Positions 10,469 through 23,126 of a DNA stretch of 64,000 bases are shown here, one piece after another. The notes under the pieces are model-generated. The model made no database searches. It saw only the letters and a program-made list of their open reading frames with translations, and had not been told where the DNA came from. The DNA comes from the human T2T-CHM13v2.0 reference genome, Homo sapiens. A program made the translations under genes and the position numbers. How positions within the stretch are numbered: the stretch's first letter is position 1; the number at the start of each line of letters is the position of its first letter. The DNA lies in assembly GCA_009914755.4 (NCBI GenBank), contig CP068257.2, positions 64,001 to 128,000 on the forward strand, read 5' to 3'.

Positions 10469-13450
10469 ATGTCTGCACCTAAGAACAGTAGGGTCTTGTC
10501 TGGCTCTTCTTATGAACGGTCCCCCAGCCCGGACTCCCCAAGGTCCATGCGAACCTCACCCAGCTTCCCCCTCTCCCCTCTCAGAAACTCAGGCTTAAGG
10601 GGAAGCTCCTCACCAGGGATCCGGAGCTACCATTCACCATCCCCTAGGGCTTCACCACACTCACCTCTGTCATCACCAGAATCCCACAAGCTCCCATTTC
10701 CCTGTCCTCACCGTGATGGGCAATCAACGAAGCCATTGGGCTCTCCCGTGTCCTCCTCTGAGGATTCCTCAGAGTCCCCACGTTCATCAATAATATACCA
10801 CATGTTCTTACTGCCATCACCCAGCAGCTCACCCCCAGCTCTCGGGGGGTCTCCTGTGTCTCCCAGCTACTCTCCAAACAACCCCAGATTTCAGCTGCGG
10901 TCAGCCCCCCACACCCAGGAATCACCTACAAACTCACGAGCCTCACTTTGCTCCACCCCCGTGTCTTTCATCTCTTCACCCCCAGGCCTCAGGGACTCTC
11001 CTGTGGCTCCCAGTTACTCTCCAGCCATCCCCAGGTTCCTGCGGGAGTCAGCCCCATGCGCCCAGGAGTCCCCCAGAGACTCACAGGTCTCGGGAGATTA
11101 TGAGCGGTCCCCCAGCCCTGACTCCCCAAGATTCATGCCTGCCTCACCCAGCTTCTCCCTCTCCCCTCCCAGAAACTCAGACCCAAGGGGCAGCTCCTCA
11201 CCAGGGGTGTGGAAGTGCTCTACATCATCCCGCAGGGCTTCACCACTCTCACATCCGTCATCAACAGAATTCCACAACTTTACGTTTCCCTTTCCTAACC
11301 AAGCAGAACAGTCACTCATGTCATTGTGTTCTCCCGTGACCTCCTCTGGAGATTCTTCACAGTCACCTCATTCATCAATAATATACCATATGTTCTTACT
11401 GCCATCATCCAGCAGCTCACCCCCAGCCACCCATGACTCTCCTGTCTGTCCCAGATACTCTCCAACTACGCCCAGATTTCAGCGGGAGTCTGTACCCCAC
11501 ACCCCAGAAACACCTACAAACTCACAGACCTCAGTGAGATCCTCGCCAGTCTCTCTGACGTCTTCACCCACAGCCCTTACGGACCCTCCAGTCTGTCCCA
11601 GCTACTCTCCAACCACGCCCACATTTCAGCGCGGGTCAGTTCCAGGAACCCAGGGATCACCACCAAGCCCACCGCTTTCACTGAGTTACTCCCCAGTCTC
11701 TAGCACGTCTTTATCTCCAACCCTCAGGGACTCGCCTGTCTGTCCCAGCTACTCTCCAAACACGCCCACACTTCAGCGGGAGTCCGTTGCAGGCACCCAG
11801 AAGTCACCACCAAACTCACCAATTTCACTGCGTTACTCCCCAGTCTCTCTCATGTCTTCACCATCCCTCAGGGACTCTCCCGTCTGTCCCAGCTACTCTC
11901 CAACCACGCCCACATTTCAGCTGGAGTCAGTTCCAGGCACCCCGGAATCACCACCAAACTCACCAATTTCACTCAGTTACTCCTCAGTCTCTAGCACGTC
12001 TTTATCTCCAACCCTCAGGGACTCTCCTGTGTGTCCCAGCTACTCTCCAACCACGCCCACACTTCAGCGGGAGTCAGTTCCAGGCACCCAGGAATCACCA
12101 CCAAACTCACCAATTTCACTCAATTACTCTCCAGTCTCTCTCGTGTCTTCACCAGCCCTCAGGGACTCTCCTGTCTGTCCCAGTTACTCTCCAACCACGC
12201 CCACATTTCAGCTGGAGTCAGTTCCAGGCACCCCGGAGTCACCACCAAACTCACCAGTTTCACTCAGTTACTCCCCGGTCTCTCTCATGTCTTCACCCCC
12301 AGCCCTCAGGGACTCTCCTGTGTGTCCCAGCTACTCTCCAACCATGCCCAGATTTCAGCGGGAGTCTGTTCCAGGCACCCATGTATCACCACCAAACTCA
12401 GCAGTTTCACTGAGTTACTCCCCAGTCTCTCTCATGTCTTCACCCCCACACCCCTGGGACTCTCCTGTCTGTCCCAGCTACTCTCCCACCACGCCCAGAT
12501 TTCAGCGGGAGTCAGCCTCCCACACTCCGGAATCAGATACAGACTCACAGACTTCACTGAGCTCCTCCCTGGTCTCTCTCAGGTCTTTGCCCTCATCCCA
12601 CAGGGACTCTTGTGTCTCTTTCAGCTACTCTCAAAACTTCTCTAGATTCCAGCTGGAGTCAGTTCCAGGCACCCACGATACACCACCGAACTCACGAATT
12701 TCACTGACTTACTCCCCTGTCTCCCTCATGTTCTCACCCCCAGCCCTCAGGGACTCTTCTGTCTCTCTCAGCTACTCTCCAACCATCTCCAGATTTCACC
12801 TGGAGTCAGCTTCCCACACCCTGGAATCACCTGCAAACTCACGGACCTTACTGCAACCATCCCCCATTTCTTTCACCTCTTCACCCCCTGCCTTCAGGGA
12901 CTCTCCTGGGTCTCCCAGCTTCTCTCCAGCCTTCCCCAGATTTCTGCCACAGCCAGCCCCAGGCACCCAGGACAACCCTAGACACTCACAGGCCTCACCA
13001 GACTATCTCCCTATGACCTGTACCTATACAGGGATGGCTCCCACGCATCCCTCAGTGACCCCAAACCCATCTCCACTTACACTCAGGCACTCCCAGGGCC
13101 TGACAGCTACTCCCCGTTATTGTCCTTCAGTTCGAAGCCCTGGCCAATCTACTAGCCCACATGACGCAGTTACCTGGCCATTTCTCCACGGTTCCCGGGA
13201 GGGCCCCACACCCAGCCGCACAAGAGCCCCTCCTGCATTCCGTCCTCACACGCAGGCCTGTCCATCTACTTGCTACTGTCACACTCTTGCCAGCAGAAGA
13301 GGCCCCTGTAATGGCCGATATCACCACCCAGTCTATCCTCACCCCACAGCTGTGCAGCGGGAAGCCCCTGCTGGCCCACGTGGCTGCCACAGCCCATGCT
13401 GGCACGACGCTCCAGCAGGTCGGCGTCCCTGCGGGCCAAACTACCGGTGA
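10469..13450 (+). CDS. 993-aa Ser/Pro-rich repeat protein, type A copy
   Basis: Identical architecture to the other A copies, with only a few aa differences from unit 1. Confidence 0.55.
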   Translation: MSAPKNSRVLSGSSYERSPSPDSPRSMRTSPSFPLSPLRNSGLRGSSSPGIRSYHSPSPRASPHSPLSSPESHKLPFPCPHRDGQSTKPLGSPVSSSEDSSESPRSSIIYHMFLLPSPSSSPPALGGSPVSPSYSPNNPRFQLRSAPHTQESPTNSRASLCSTPVSFISSPPGLRDSPVAPSYSPAIPRFLRESAPCAQESPRDSQVSGDYERSPSPDSPRFMPASPSFSLSPPRNSDPRGSSSPGVWKCSTSSRRASPLSHPSSTEFHNFTFPFPNQAEQSLMSLCSPVTSSGDSSQSPHSSIIYHMFLLPSSSSSPPATHDSPVCPRYSPTTPRFQRESVPHTPETPTNSQTSVRSSPVSLTSSPTALTDPPVCPSYSPTTPTFQRGSVPGTQGSPPSPPLSLSYSPVSSTSLSPTLRDSPVCPSYSPNTPTLQRESVAGTQKSPPNSPISLRYSPVSLMSSPSLRDSPVCPSYSPTTPTFQLESVPGTPESPPNSPISLSYSSVSSTSLSPTLRDSPVCPSYSPTTPTLQRESVPGTQESPPNSPISLNYSPVSLVSSPALRDSPVCPSYSPTTPTFQLESVPGTPESPPNSPVSLSYSPVSLMSSPPALRDSPVCPSYSPTMPRFQRESVPGTHVSPPNSAVSLSYSPVSLMSSPPHPWDSPVCPSYSPTTPRFQRESASHTPESDTDSQTSLSSSLVSLRSLPSSHRDSCVSFSYSQNFSRFQLESVPGTHDTPPNSRISLTYSPVSLMFSPPALRDSSVSLSYSPTISRFHLESASHTLESPANSRTLLQPSPISFTSSPPAFRDSPGSPSFSPAFPRFLPQPAPGTQDNPRHSQASPDYLPMTCTYTGMAPTHPSVTPNPSPLTLRHSQGLTATPRYCPSVRSPGQSTSPHDAVTWPFLHGSREGPTPSRTRAPPAFRPHTQACPSTCYCHTLASRRGPCNGRYHHPVYPHPTAVQREAPAGPRGCHSPCWHDAPAGRRPCGPNYR

Positions 13451-13686
13451 CATGTCTAGCGTGACCCTCCTTCCTGGCAGTGACACTGTTGATGTGAACC
13501 CCAATTTCACATCTGTCATTTGTAAATAGGACCATTTTCCCTTTTCGCTCTCCCTTCCATTCACAGGGCTTTTCATTCTCTCTGTTACTGCCTCCGTTTC
13601 AGATATTTACTCACCTTTTTCTCTCTCACTATGTCTGCCGTGGGCTCCATGAGAGTGCGCCACATAAGATTCCCCCATTAAAAGTC

Positions 13687-13738
13687 ATGAATTGAGTGGC
13701 TTTTAGTATACCTGTGGTTGTGTACATTCAAATTTAAT
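13687..13738 (+). terminator. Poly(A) signal ATTAAA plus GT-rich DSE (unit 2 gene)
   Basis: ATTAAA at 13687-13692. Confidence 0.5.
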
Positions 13739-16381
13739 TCGCAATTCATTGTAGAACGTCTTATCACTCCCGGCCAGAGAAAAACCCTGTAGACATTAGT
13801 CACTCCTCATTCTGTCTCAAACCCTCTCCCTGACCCTCAGCCCTAGGTAGCAACTACCTAGTGCGATCAATCCCATATGCATAGATTACCATATTGTGGA
13901 CATTTCCTATAAGCGGAATTGCACAATAGGTGAGCTGTTATGACTGACATAACACGTAGCACAATATTTTCAAGATTCGTCCACATTGTAGGCTTACCCA
14001 CAGGGGGAAACCATTTTTTTGGGGGCTTTTAGTAACACCGGTGTTTTTTCCTTCCTTACGTCCTTCTTTCCTTCCTTCCTTCCTTCCTTCCTTCCTTCCT
14101 TCCTTCCTGACTTCCTTCCTGACTTCCTTCTTTCCTTCCCTCCTTCCTCCTATTTCTCTCTTACTCCTTCTGCCCTCTCTCTTTCCTATGCCTTAGGTGC
14201 ATCCCACATTCTGCGTTTTTTTGGGGAAATCCTCGACAGGTGCAGGAAAATTGTGTTATTGTAACAATTTACCGTTATCTCTCTTTCACGGCTCTCCATC
14301 AGTTGTGAACATCTATTGGTTTATCCCAAGTCACTAAGCATATTTTCATTAGGTAAACCTGTTTTTCCTTCTACAGCTGTTTCTGGAGTATAGGGTCGCA
14401 TACTCATAAACCCAGTGTAACTCAGAAACGCATCTAATATTCCAGTAAACCCATCATAACGTTGAAAAATCGTAAATCAAACCATCATAAGTCACGGTTT
14501 GTCCGTGGATATGGGCGTCATCAATTCCATTGTATTCAGTAATGCTGTACACCATTAACAATGGCAGACTGATTGGGAGTGGATATTGATAGCATTATAA
14601 AAGTCAGTTATTAGAGGGATACTTCTTTAACCTGACTGAAGAACTGATCTAATGGCTTTAGTACAGTGCATGATTATGTGCGATGTTTTGAGACAGAGTA
14701 GTACATTTGTGAATGAAATTTTATGGCTTTTTTTTCACTTAGTAGGAACCATTGTGTGTGGAAAAGTGAGAAAATGGCTTTCTGCTGTAGGGTCTGGCAT
14801 TCATTGTAGATGTAAGCTTATTTTTCTGTGAGCAAATCTTATTCAATAAAATACTACTCTTTATACTAAAAAACAAAAACAGTGGTGATGTGTGGTCATT
14901 ACCCTCAGCAAACTTATCCAGGGAAAAGAAAACCAAACGCCACAACTCACTTATAATGGGAGCTGAAAAATGAGATCCCATGGACACAGGAAGGGGAACA
15001 ACACACACTGGGGCCTTCCGGGAGACAGAGCGTTAAGAAAAACAGCTACTGCATGCTGGGCCTAATACCTAGGTGATGGGTTGACAGGTGCAGCAAACCA
15101 CCATGGCACACGTTAACCTTAGTAACAAATCTGCACATCCTGCACATGTACCCCAGAACTTAGGAACGAAACGAAACAAAAGACAACGAAAAAGCAACAG
15201 CAAAACGCTAAAGGCAAAATAAAGTTTCAAACTGAGAAAGTGACAGACCAACGTCTGGTTCAAATCATGGTTCTCAACCCAGGTGCCATAAGGTCAGGAT
15301 AAAGGATGTGATTACATATTGTCAATAAGACATGCAGCAAATGACCAGAATGATTATTCTCAACATATGTGTGTCTTCTAATTCAATGGTGACGCTGTCT
15401 ACCGGGACATAGCATTAGATTCCAAAGGGCCGAGTCCCGCCAGACAGGCCTCCCACACTAATAACAATGGGAAGCCCTACGTTGCTTTACCTGTGCTTCT
15501 CAGCCACTGGCTATAAATCAGGTTGCCACCACTCCCAGATTTAGTTGCATTCATTAGCTGGAAGAGCTCACAGCACGCAGGGAAACACTTACATTTGCCG
15601 TTGTATTTTAGCGGACATTGCACAAAGTTCAGAAATAAATGTGGGGCCCGGCATGTGGGGAGGGGGGCACTACCTTCCAGGAAGTGTTATCCAGAAGCTC
15701 TCTGAACCCAGTCCTTTTGGGTTTTGATGGAGACCTCATTCTATAGGCATGATGGGTTAAACCATAGGCTATTGGTGATCAACTCCACCTGGGGCTCTCC
15801 ACCCTCCCTGGAAATTGGGGTTGAGGCTTTGCCATTCTCAGTCTGACTAAAAGAATTTACCCAAACGGAATTTTAAAACAGATGAGCATAACTGGAATCT
15901 TAATTAGATGATTGGATTATCTGGAGCCACACCTTGATATTCCTAACCCGAGCACCCTCATCCAACGAATGCTCCACCCAACTGGCTCCCAAGTCTCTAC
16001 GTGGTTCCAGAGCAAAAGGATGTTGATACAACGCATATCTCCACCTTTTCTTCCAAGTCTTTTCGCTTACACGGAAAGACTTCTTCAACTGCCATGCATC
16101 AGGGTCAGGGGGAGGTCTTGTTACAACACAGATCTGCGGATCTCCGGCGTTTGACAGTGGCAAGGATGCTGCTGGTGTCAAAACCACAACGTGGGAACCA
16201 CAGAACCACTAGTGGGTTTTCAGTGTTTCAGTGCATACAATTCCTAATATTTCTGGCCAAGAAAACTTGTAAGTTCTTAGATTGTCCCAAAGGTGGCGCA
16301 TGAAATCAAAGCAGGAGAACAGTTTCCTACGAGGTGTAGCCTGGGAAAGTTGGGGGTGACTGATGGAAAGGAGGAGTGAAG

Positions 16382-16455
16382 CTCCGCCCTTTCCGCTGCT
16401 AGGCTGCGCCCGAGGCTATTTAAACCCACCCTGGCTGGCCTGTACTCAGATCTTC
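16382..16455 (+). promoter_or_regulatory. Core promoter of the unit 3 gene
   Basis: tatttaaa at 16417-16424. Confidence 0.65.
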
Positions 16456-16573
16456 GCGGAGCGGATCAGCGGCAGGAGCGTTTGGCGGACTCTGCGTGGA
16501 CTTGGAGCTCACAGCGTCTTGCGACTTGGAAGCGGGTTCAGAGGACAGGACAGAACACTTGGGCAAGTGAATC

Positions 16574-16612
<39 letters not shown>

Positions 16613-16797
16613 CATTGGTTGGTTGATTTCCATTTTCTTAAGGAGCACATACCTCACACCGCACACACACAAACACACACACGCACACACACACGCACAC
16701 GCACACGCACACACACGCACACACGCACACGCACACTCCTTCCTTCTGCGAGTTAGAACATTAGTAGGGGCCCCTGGGAGCTGCAGGTTTCCTAATC

Positions 16798-19779
16798 ATG
16801 TCTGCACCTAAGAACAGTAGGGTCTTGTCTGGCTCTTCTTATGAACGGTCCCCCAGCCCGGACTCCCCAAGGTCCATGCGAACCTCACCCAGCTTCCCCC
16901 TCTCCCCTCTCAGAAACTCAGGCTTAAGGGGAAGCTCCTCACCAGGGATCCGGAGCTACCATTCACCATCCCCTAGGGCTTCACCACACTCACCTCTGTC
17001 ATCACCAGAATCCCACAAGCTCCCATTTCCCTGTCCTCACCGTGATGGGCAATCAACGAAGCCATTGGGCTCTCCCGTGTCCTCCTCTGAGGATTCCTCA
17101 GAGTCCCCACGTTCATCAATAATATACCACATGTTCTTACTGCCATCACCCAGCAGCTCACCCCCAGCTCTCGGGGGGTCTCCTGTGTCTCCCAGCTACT
17201 CTCCAAACAACCCCAGATTTCAGCTGCGGTCAGCCCCCCACACCCAGGAATCACCTACAAACTCACGAGCCTCACTTTGCTCCACCCCCGTGTCTTTCAT
17301 CTCTTCACCCCCAGGCCTCAGGGACTCTCCTGTGGCTCCCAGTTACTCTCCAGCCATCCCCAGGTTCCTGCGGGAGTCAGCCCCATGCGCCCAGGAGTCC
17401 CCCAGAGACTCACAGGTCTCGGGAGATTATGAGCGGTCCCCCAGCCCTGACTCCCCAAGATTCATGCCTGCCTCACCCAGCTTCTCCCTCTCCCCTCCCA
17501 GAAACTCAGACCCAAGGGGCAGCTCCTCACCAGGGGTGTGGAAGTGCTCTACATCATCCCGCAGGGCTTCACCACTCTCACATCCGTCATCAACAGAATT
17601 CCACAACTTTACGTTTCCCTTTCCTAACCAAGCAGAACAGTCACTCATGTCATTGTGTTCTCCCGTGACCTCCTCTGGAGATTCTTCACAGTCACCTCAT
17701 TCATCAATAATATACCATATGTTCTTACTGCCATCATCCAGCAGCTCACCCCCAGCCACCCATGACTCTCCTGTCTGTCCCAGATACTCTCCAACTACGC
17801 CCAGATTTCAGCGGGAGTCTGTACCCCACACCCCAGAAACACCTACAAACTCACAGACCTCAGTGAGATCCTCGCCAGTCTCTCTGACGTCTTCACCCAC
17901 AGCCCTTACGGACCCTCCAGTCTGTCCCAGCTACTCTCCAACCACGCCCACATTTCAGCGCGGGTCAGTTCCAGGAACCCAGGGATCACCACCAAGCCCA
18001 CCGCTTTCACTGAGTTACTCCCCAGTCTCTAGCACGTCTTTATCTCCAACCCTCAGGGACTCGCCTGTCTGTCCCAGCTACTCTCCAAACACGCCCACAC
18101 TTCAGCGGGAGTCCGTTGCAGGCACCCAGAAGTCACCACCAAACTCACCAATTTCACTGCGTTACTCCCCAGTCTCTCTCATGTCTTCACCATCCCTCAG
18201 GGACTCTCCCGTCTGTCCCAGCTACTCTCCAACCACGCCCACATTTCAGCTGGAGTCAGTTCCAGGCACCCCGGAATCACCACCAAACTCACCAATTTCA
18301 CTCAGTTACTCCTCAGTCTCTAGCACGTCTTTATCTCCAACCCTCAGGGACTCTCCTGTGTGTCCCAGCTACTCTCCAACCACGCCCACACTTCAGCGGG
18401 AGTCAGTTCCAGGCACCCAGGAATCACCACCAAACTCACCAATTTCACTCAATTACTCTCCAGTCTCTCTCGTGTCTTCACCAGCCCTCAGGGACTCTCC
18501 TGTCTGTCCCAGTTACTCTCCAACCACGCCCACATTTCAGCTGGAGTCAGTTCCAGGCACCCCGGAGTCACCACCAAACTCACCAGTTTCACTCAGTTAC
18601 TCCCCGGTCTCTCTCATGTCTTCACCCCCAGCCCTCAGGGACTCTCCTGTGTGTCCCAGCTACTCTCCAACCATGCCCAGATTTCAGCGGGAGTCTGTTC
18701 CAGGCACCCATGTATCACCACCAAACTCAGCAGTTTCACTGAGTTACTCCCCAGTCTCTCTCATGTCTTCACCCCCACACCCCTGGGACTCTCCTGTCTG
18801 TCCCAGCTACTCTCCCACCACGCCCAGATTTCAGCGGGAGTCAGCCTCCCACACTCCGGAATCAGATACAGACTCACAGACTTCACTGAGCTCCTCCCTG
18901 GTCTCTCTCAGGTCTTTGCCCTCATCCCACAGGGACTCTTGTGTCTCTTTCAGCTACTCTCAAAACTTCTCTAGATTCCAGCTGGAGTCAGTTCCAGGCA
19001 CCCACGATACACCACCGAACTCACGAATTTCACTGACTTACTCCCCTGTCTCCCTCATGTTCTCACCCCCAGCCCTCAGGGACTCTTCTGTCTCTCTCAG
19101 CTACTCTCCAACCATCTCCAGATTTCACCTGGAGTCAGCTTCCCACACCCTGGAATCACCTGCAAACTCACGGACCTTACTGCAACCATCCCCCATTTCT
19201 TTCACCTCTTCACCCCCTGCCTTCAGGGACTCTCCTGGGTCTCCCAGCTTCTCTCCAGCCTTCCCCAGATTTCTGCCACAGCCAGCCCCAGGCACCCAGG
19301 ACAACCCTAGACACTCACAGGCCTCACCAGACTATCTCCCTATGACCTGTACCTATACAGGGATGGCTCCCACGCATCCCTCAGTGACCCCAAACCCATC
19401 TCCACTTACACTCAGGCACTCCCAGGGCCTGACAGCTACTCCCCGTTATTGTCCTTCAGTTCGAAGCCCTGGCCAATCTACTAGCCCACATGACGCAGTT
19501 ACCTGGCCATTTCTCCACGGTTCCCGGGAGGGCCCCACACCCAGCCGCACAAGAGCCCCTCCTGCATTCCGTCCTCACACGCAGGCCTGTCCATCTACTT
19601 GCTACTGTCACACTCTTGCCAGCAGAAGAGGCCCCTGTAATGGCCGATATCACCACCCAGTCTATCCTCACCCCACAGCTGTGCAGCGGGAAGCCCCTGC
19701 TGGCCCACGTGGCTGCCACAGCCCATGCTGGCACGACGCTCCAGCAGGTCGGCGTCCCTGCGGGCCAAACTACCGGTGA
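16798..19779 (+). CDS. 993-aa Ser/Pro-rich repeat protein, type A copy
   Basis: Translation identical to the unit 2 copy. Confidence 0.55.
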   Translation: MSAPKNSRVLSGSSYERSPSPDSPRSMRTSPSFPLSPLRNSGLRGSSSPGIRSYHSPSPRASPHSPLSSPESHKLPFPCPHRDGQSTKPLGSPVSSSEDSSESPRSSIIYHMFLLPSPSSSPPALGGSPVSPSYSPNNPRFQLRSAPHTQESPTNSRASLCSTPVSFISSPPGLRDSPVAPSYSPAIPRFLRESAPCAQESPRDSQVSGDYERSPSPDSPRFMPASPSFSLSPPRNSDPRGSSSPGVWKCSTSSRRASPLSHPSSTEFHNFTFPFPNQAEQSLMSLCSPVTSSGDSSQSPHSSIIYHMFLLPSSSSSPPATHDSPVCPRYSPTTPRFQRESVPHTPETPTNSQTSVRSSPVSLTSSPTALTDPPVCPSYSPTTPTFQRGSVPGTQGSPPSPPLSLSYSPVSSTSLSPTLRDSPVCPSYSPNTPTLQRESVAGTQKSPPNSPISLRYSPVSLMSSPSLRDSPVCPSYSPTTPTFQLESVPGTPESPPNSPISLSYSSVSSTSLSPTLRDSPVCPSYSPTTPTLQRESVPGTQESPPNSPISLNYSPVSLVSSPALRDSPVCPSYSPTTPTFQLESVPGTPESPPNSPVSLSYSPVSLMSSPPALRDSPVCPSYSPTMPRFQRESVPGTHVSPPNSAVSLSYSPVSLMSSPPHPWDSPVCPSYSPTTPRFQRESASHTPESDTDSQTSLSSSLVSLRSLPSSHRDSCVSFSYSQNFSRFQLESVPGTHDTPPNSRISLTYSPVSLMFSPPALRDSSVSLSYSPTISRFHLESASHTLESPANSRTLLQPSPISFTSSPPAFRDSPGSPSFSPAFPRFLPQPAPGTQDNPRHSQASPDYLPMTCTYTGMAPTHPSVTPNPSPLTLRHSQGLTATPRYCPSVRSPGQSTSPHDAVTWPFLHGSREGPTPSRTRAPPAFRPHTQACPSTCYCHTLASRRGPCNGRYHHPVYPHPTAVQREAPAGPRGCHSPCWHDAPAGRRPCGPNYR

Positions 19780-20005
19780 CATGTCTAGCGTGACCCTCCT
19801 TCCTGGCAGTGACACTGTTGATGTGAACCCCAATTTCACATCTGTCATTTGTAAATAGGACCATTTTCCCTTTTCGCTCTCCCTTCCATTCACAGGGCTT
19901 TTCATTCTCTCTGTTACTGCCTCCGTTTCAGATATTTACTCACCTTTTTCTCTCTCACTATGTCTGCCGTGGGCTCCATGAGAGTGCGCCACATAAGATT
20001 CCCCC

Positions 20006-20057
20006 ATTAAAAGTCATGAATTGAGTGGCTTTTAGTATACCTGTGGTTGTGTACATT
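20006..20057 (+). terminator. Poly(A) signal ATTAAA plus GT-rich DSE (unit 3 gene)
   Basis: ATTAAA at 20006-20011. Confidence 0.5.
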
Positions 20058-22710
20058 CAAATTTAATTCGCAATTCATTGTAGAACGTCTTATCACTCCC
20101 GGCCAGAGAAAAACCCTGTAGACATTAGTCACTCCTCATTCTGTCTCAAACCCTCTCCCTGACCCTCAGCCCTAGGTAGCAACTACCTAGTGCGATCAAT
20201 CCCATATGCATAGATTACCATATTGTGGACATTTCCTATAAGCGGAATTGCACAATAGGTGAGCTGTTATGACTGACATAACACGTAGCACAATATTTTC
20301 AAGATTCGTCCACATTGTAGGCTTACCCACAGGGGGAAACCATTTTTTTGGGGGCTTTTAGTAACACCGGTGTTTTTTCCTTCCTTACGTCCTTCTTTCC
20401 TTCCTTCCTTCCTTCCTTCCTTCCTTCCTTCCTTCCTGACTTCCTTCCTGACTTCCTTCTTTCCTTCCCTCCTTCCTCCTATTTCTCTCTTACTCCTTCT
20501 GCCCTCTCTCTTTCCTATGCCTTAGGTGCATCCCACATTCTGCGTTTTTTTGGGGAAATCCTCGACAGGTGCAGGAAAATTGTGTTATTGTAACAATTTA
20601 CCGTTATCTCTCTTTCACGGCTCTCCATCAGTTGTGAACATCTATTGGTTTATCCCAAGTCACTAAGCATATTTTCATTAGGTAAACCTGTTTTTCCTTC
20701 TACAGCTGTTTCTGGAGTATAGGGTCGCATACTCATAAACCCAGTGTAACTCAGAAACGCATCTAATATTCCAGTAAACCCATCATAACGTTGAAAAATC
20801 GTAAATCAAACCATCATAAGTCACGGTTTGTCCGTGGATATGGGCGTCATCAATTCCATTGTATTCAGTAATGCTGTACACCATTAACAATGGCAGACTG
20901 ATTGGGAGTGGATATTGATAGCATTATAAAAGTCAGTTATTAGAGGGATACTTCTTTAACCTGACTGAAGAACTGATCTAATGGCTTTAGTACAGTGCAT
21001 GATTATGTGCGATGTTTTGAGACAGAGTAGTACATTTGTGAATGAAATTTTATGGCTTTTTTTTCACTTAGTAGGAACCATTGTGTGTGGAAAAGTGAGA
21101 AAATGGCTTTCTGCTGTAGGGTCTGGCATTCATTGTAGATGTAAGCTTATTTTTCTGTGAGCAAATCTTATTCAATAAAATACTACTCTTTATACTAAAA
21201 AACAAAAACAGTGGTGATGTGTGGTCATTACCCTCAGCAAACTTATCCAGGGAAAAGAAAACCAAACGCCACAACTCACTTATAATGGGAGCTGAAAAAT
21301 GAGATCCCATGGACACAGGAAGGGGAACAACACACACTGGGGCCTTCCGGGAGACAGAGCGTTAAGAAAAACAGCTACTGCATGCTGGGCCTAATACCTA
21401 GGTGATGGGTTGACAGGTGCAGCAAACCACCATGGCACACGTTAACCTTAGTAACAAATCTGCACATCCTGCACATGTACCCCAGAACTTAGGAACGAAA
21501 CGAAACAAAAGACAACGAAAAAGCAACAGCAAAACGCTAAAGGCAAAATAAAGTTTCAAACTGAGAAAGTGACAGACCAACGTCTGGTTCAAATCATGGT
21601 TCTCAACCCAGGTGCCATAAGGTCAGGATAAAGGATGTGATTACATATTGTCAATAAGACATGCAGCAAATGACCAGAATGATTATTCTCAACATATGTG
21701 TGTCTTCTAATTCAATGGTGACGCTGTCTACCGGGACATAGCATTAGATTCCAAAGGGCCGAGTCCCGCCAGACAGGCCTCCCACACTAATAACAATGGG
21801 AAGCCCTACGTTGCTTTACCTGTGCTTCTCAGCCACTGGCTATAAATCAGGTTGCCACCACTCCCAGATTTAGTTGCATTCATTAGCTGGAAGAGCTCAC
21901 AGCACGCAGGGAAACACTTACATTTGCCGTTGTATTTTAGCGGACATTGCACAAAGTTCAGAAATAAATGTGGGGCCCGGCATGTGGGGAGGGGGGCACT
22001 ACCTTCCAGGAAGTGTTATCCAGAAGCTCTCTGAACCCAGTCCTTTTGGGTTTTGATGGAGACCTCATTCTATAGGCATGATGGGTTAAACCATAGGCTA
22101 TTGGTGATCAACTCCACCTGGGGCTCTCCACCCTCCCTGGAAATTGGGGTTGAGGCTTTGCCATTCTCAGTCTGACTAAAAGAATTTACCCAAACGGAAT
22201 TTTAAAACAGATGAGCATAACTGGAATCTTAATTAGATGATTGGATTATCTGGAGCCACACCTTGATATTCCTAACCCGAGCACCCTCATCCAACGAATG
22301 CTCCACCCAACTGGCTCCCAAGTCTCTACGTGGTTCCAGAGCAAAAGGATGTTGATACAACGCATATCTCCACCTTTTCTTCCAAGTCTTTTCGCTTACA
22401 CGGAAAGACTTCTTCAACTGCCATGCATCAGGGTCAGGGGGAGGTCTTGTTACAACACAGATCTGCGGATCTCCGGCGTTTGACAGTGGCAAGGATGCTG
22501 CTGGTGTCAAAACCACAACGTGGGAACCACAGAACCACTAGTGGGTTTTCAGTGTTTCAGTGCATACAATTCCTAATATTTCTGGCCAAGAAAACTTGTA
22601 AGTTCTTAGATTGTCCCAAAGGTGGCGCATGAAATCAAAGCAGGAGAACAGTTTCCTACGAGGTGTAGCCTGGGAAAGTTGGGGGTGACTGATGGAAAGG
22701 AGGAGTGAAG

Positions 22711-22784
22711 CTCCGCCCTTTCCGCTGCTAGGCTGCGCCCGAGGCTATTTAAACCCACCCTGGCTGGCCTGTACTCAGATCTTC
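22711..22784 (+). promoter_or_regulatory. Core promoter of the unit 4 gene
   Basis: tatttaaa at 22746-22753. Confidence 0.65.
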
Positions 22785-22902
22785 GCGGAGCGGATCAGCG
22801 GCAGGAGCGTTTGGCGGACTCTGCGTGGACTTGGAGCTCACAGCGTCTTGCGACTTGGAAGCGGGTTCAGAGGACAGGACAGAACACTTGGGCAAGTGAA
22901 TC

Positions 22903-22941
<39 letters not shown>

Positions 22942-23126
22942 CATTGGTTGGTTGATTTCCATTTTCTTAAGGAGCACATACCTCACACCGCACACACACA
23001 AACACACACACGCACACACACACGCACACGCACACGCACACACACGCACACACGCACACGCACACTCCTTCCTTCTGCGAGTTAGAACATTAGTAGGGGC
23101 CCCTGGGAGCTGCAGGTTTCCTAATC

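Larger units (their letters stand above)
7428..13763 (+). repeat. Array unit 2 (type A)
   Basis: 6336-bp unit, more than 99% identical to units 3-5. Confidence 0.9.
13764..20092 (+). repeat. Array unit 3 (type A)
   Basis: 6329-bp unit. Confidence 0.9.
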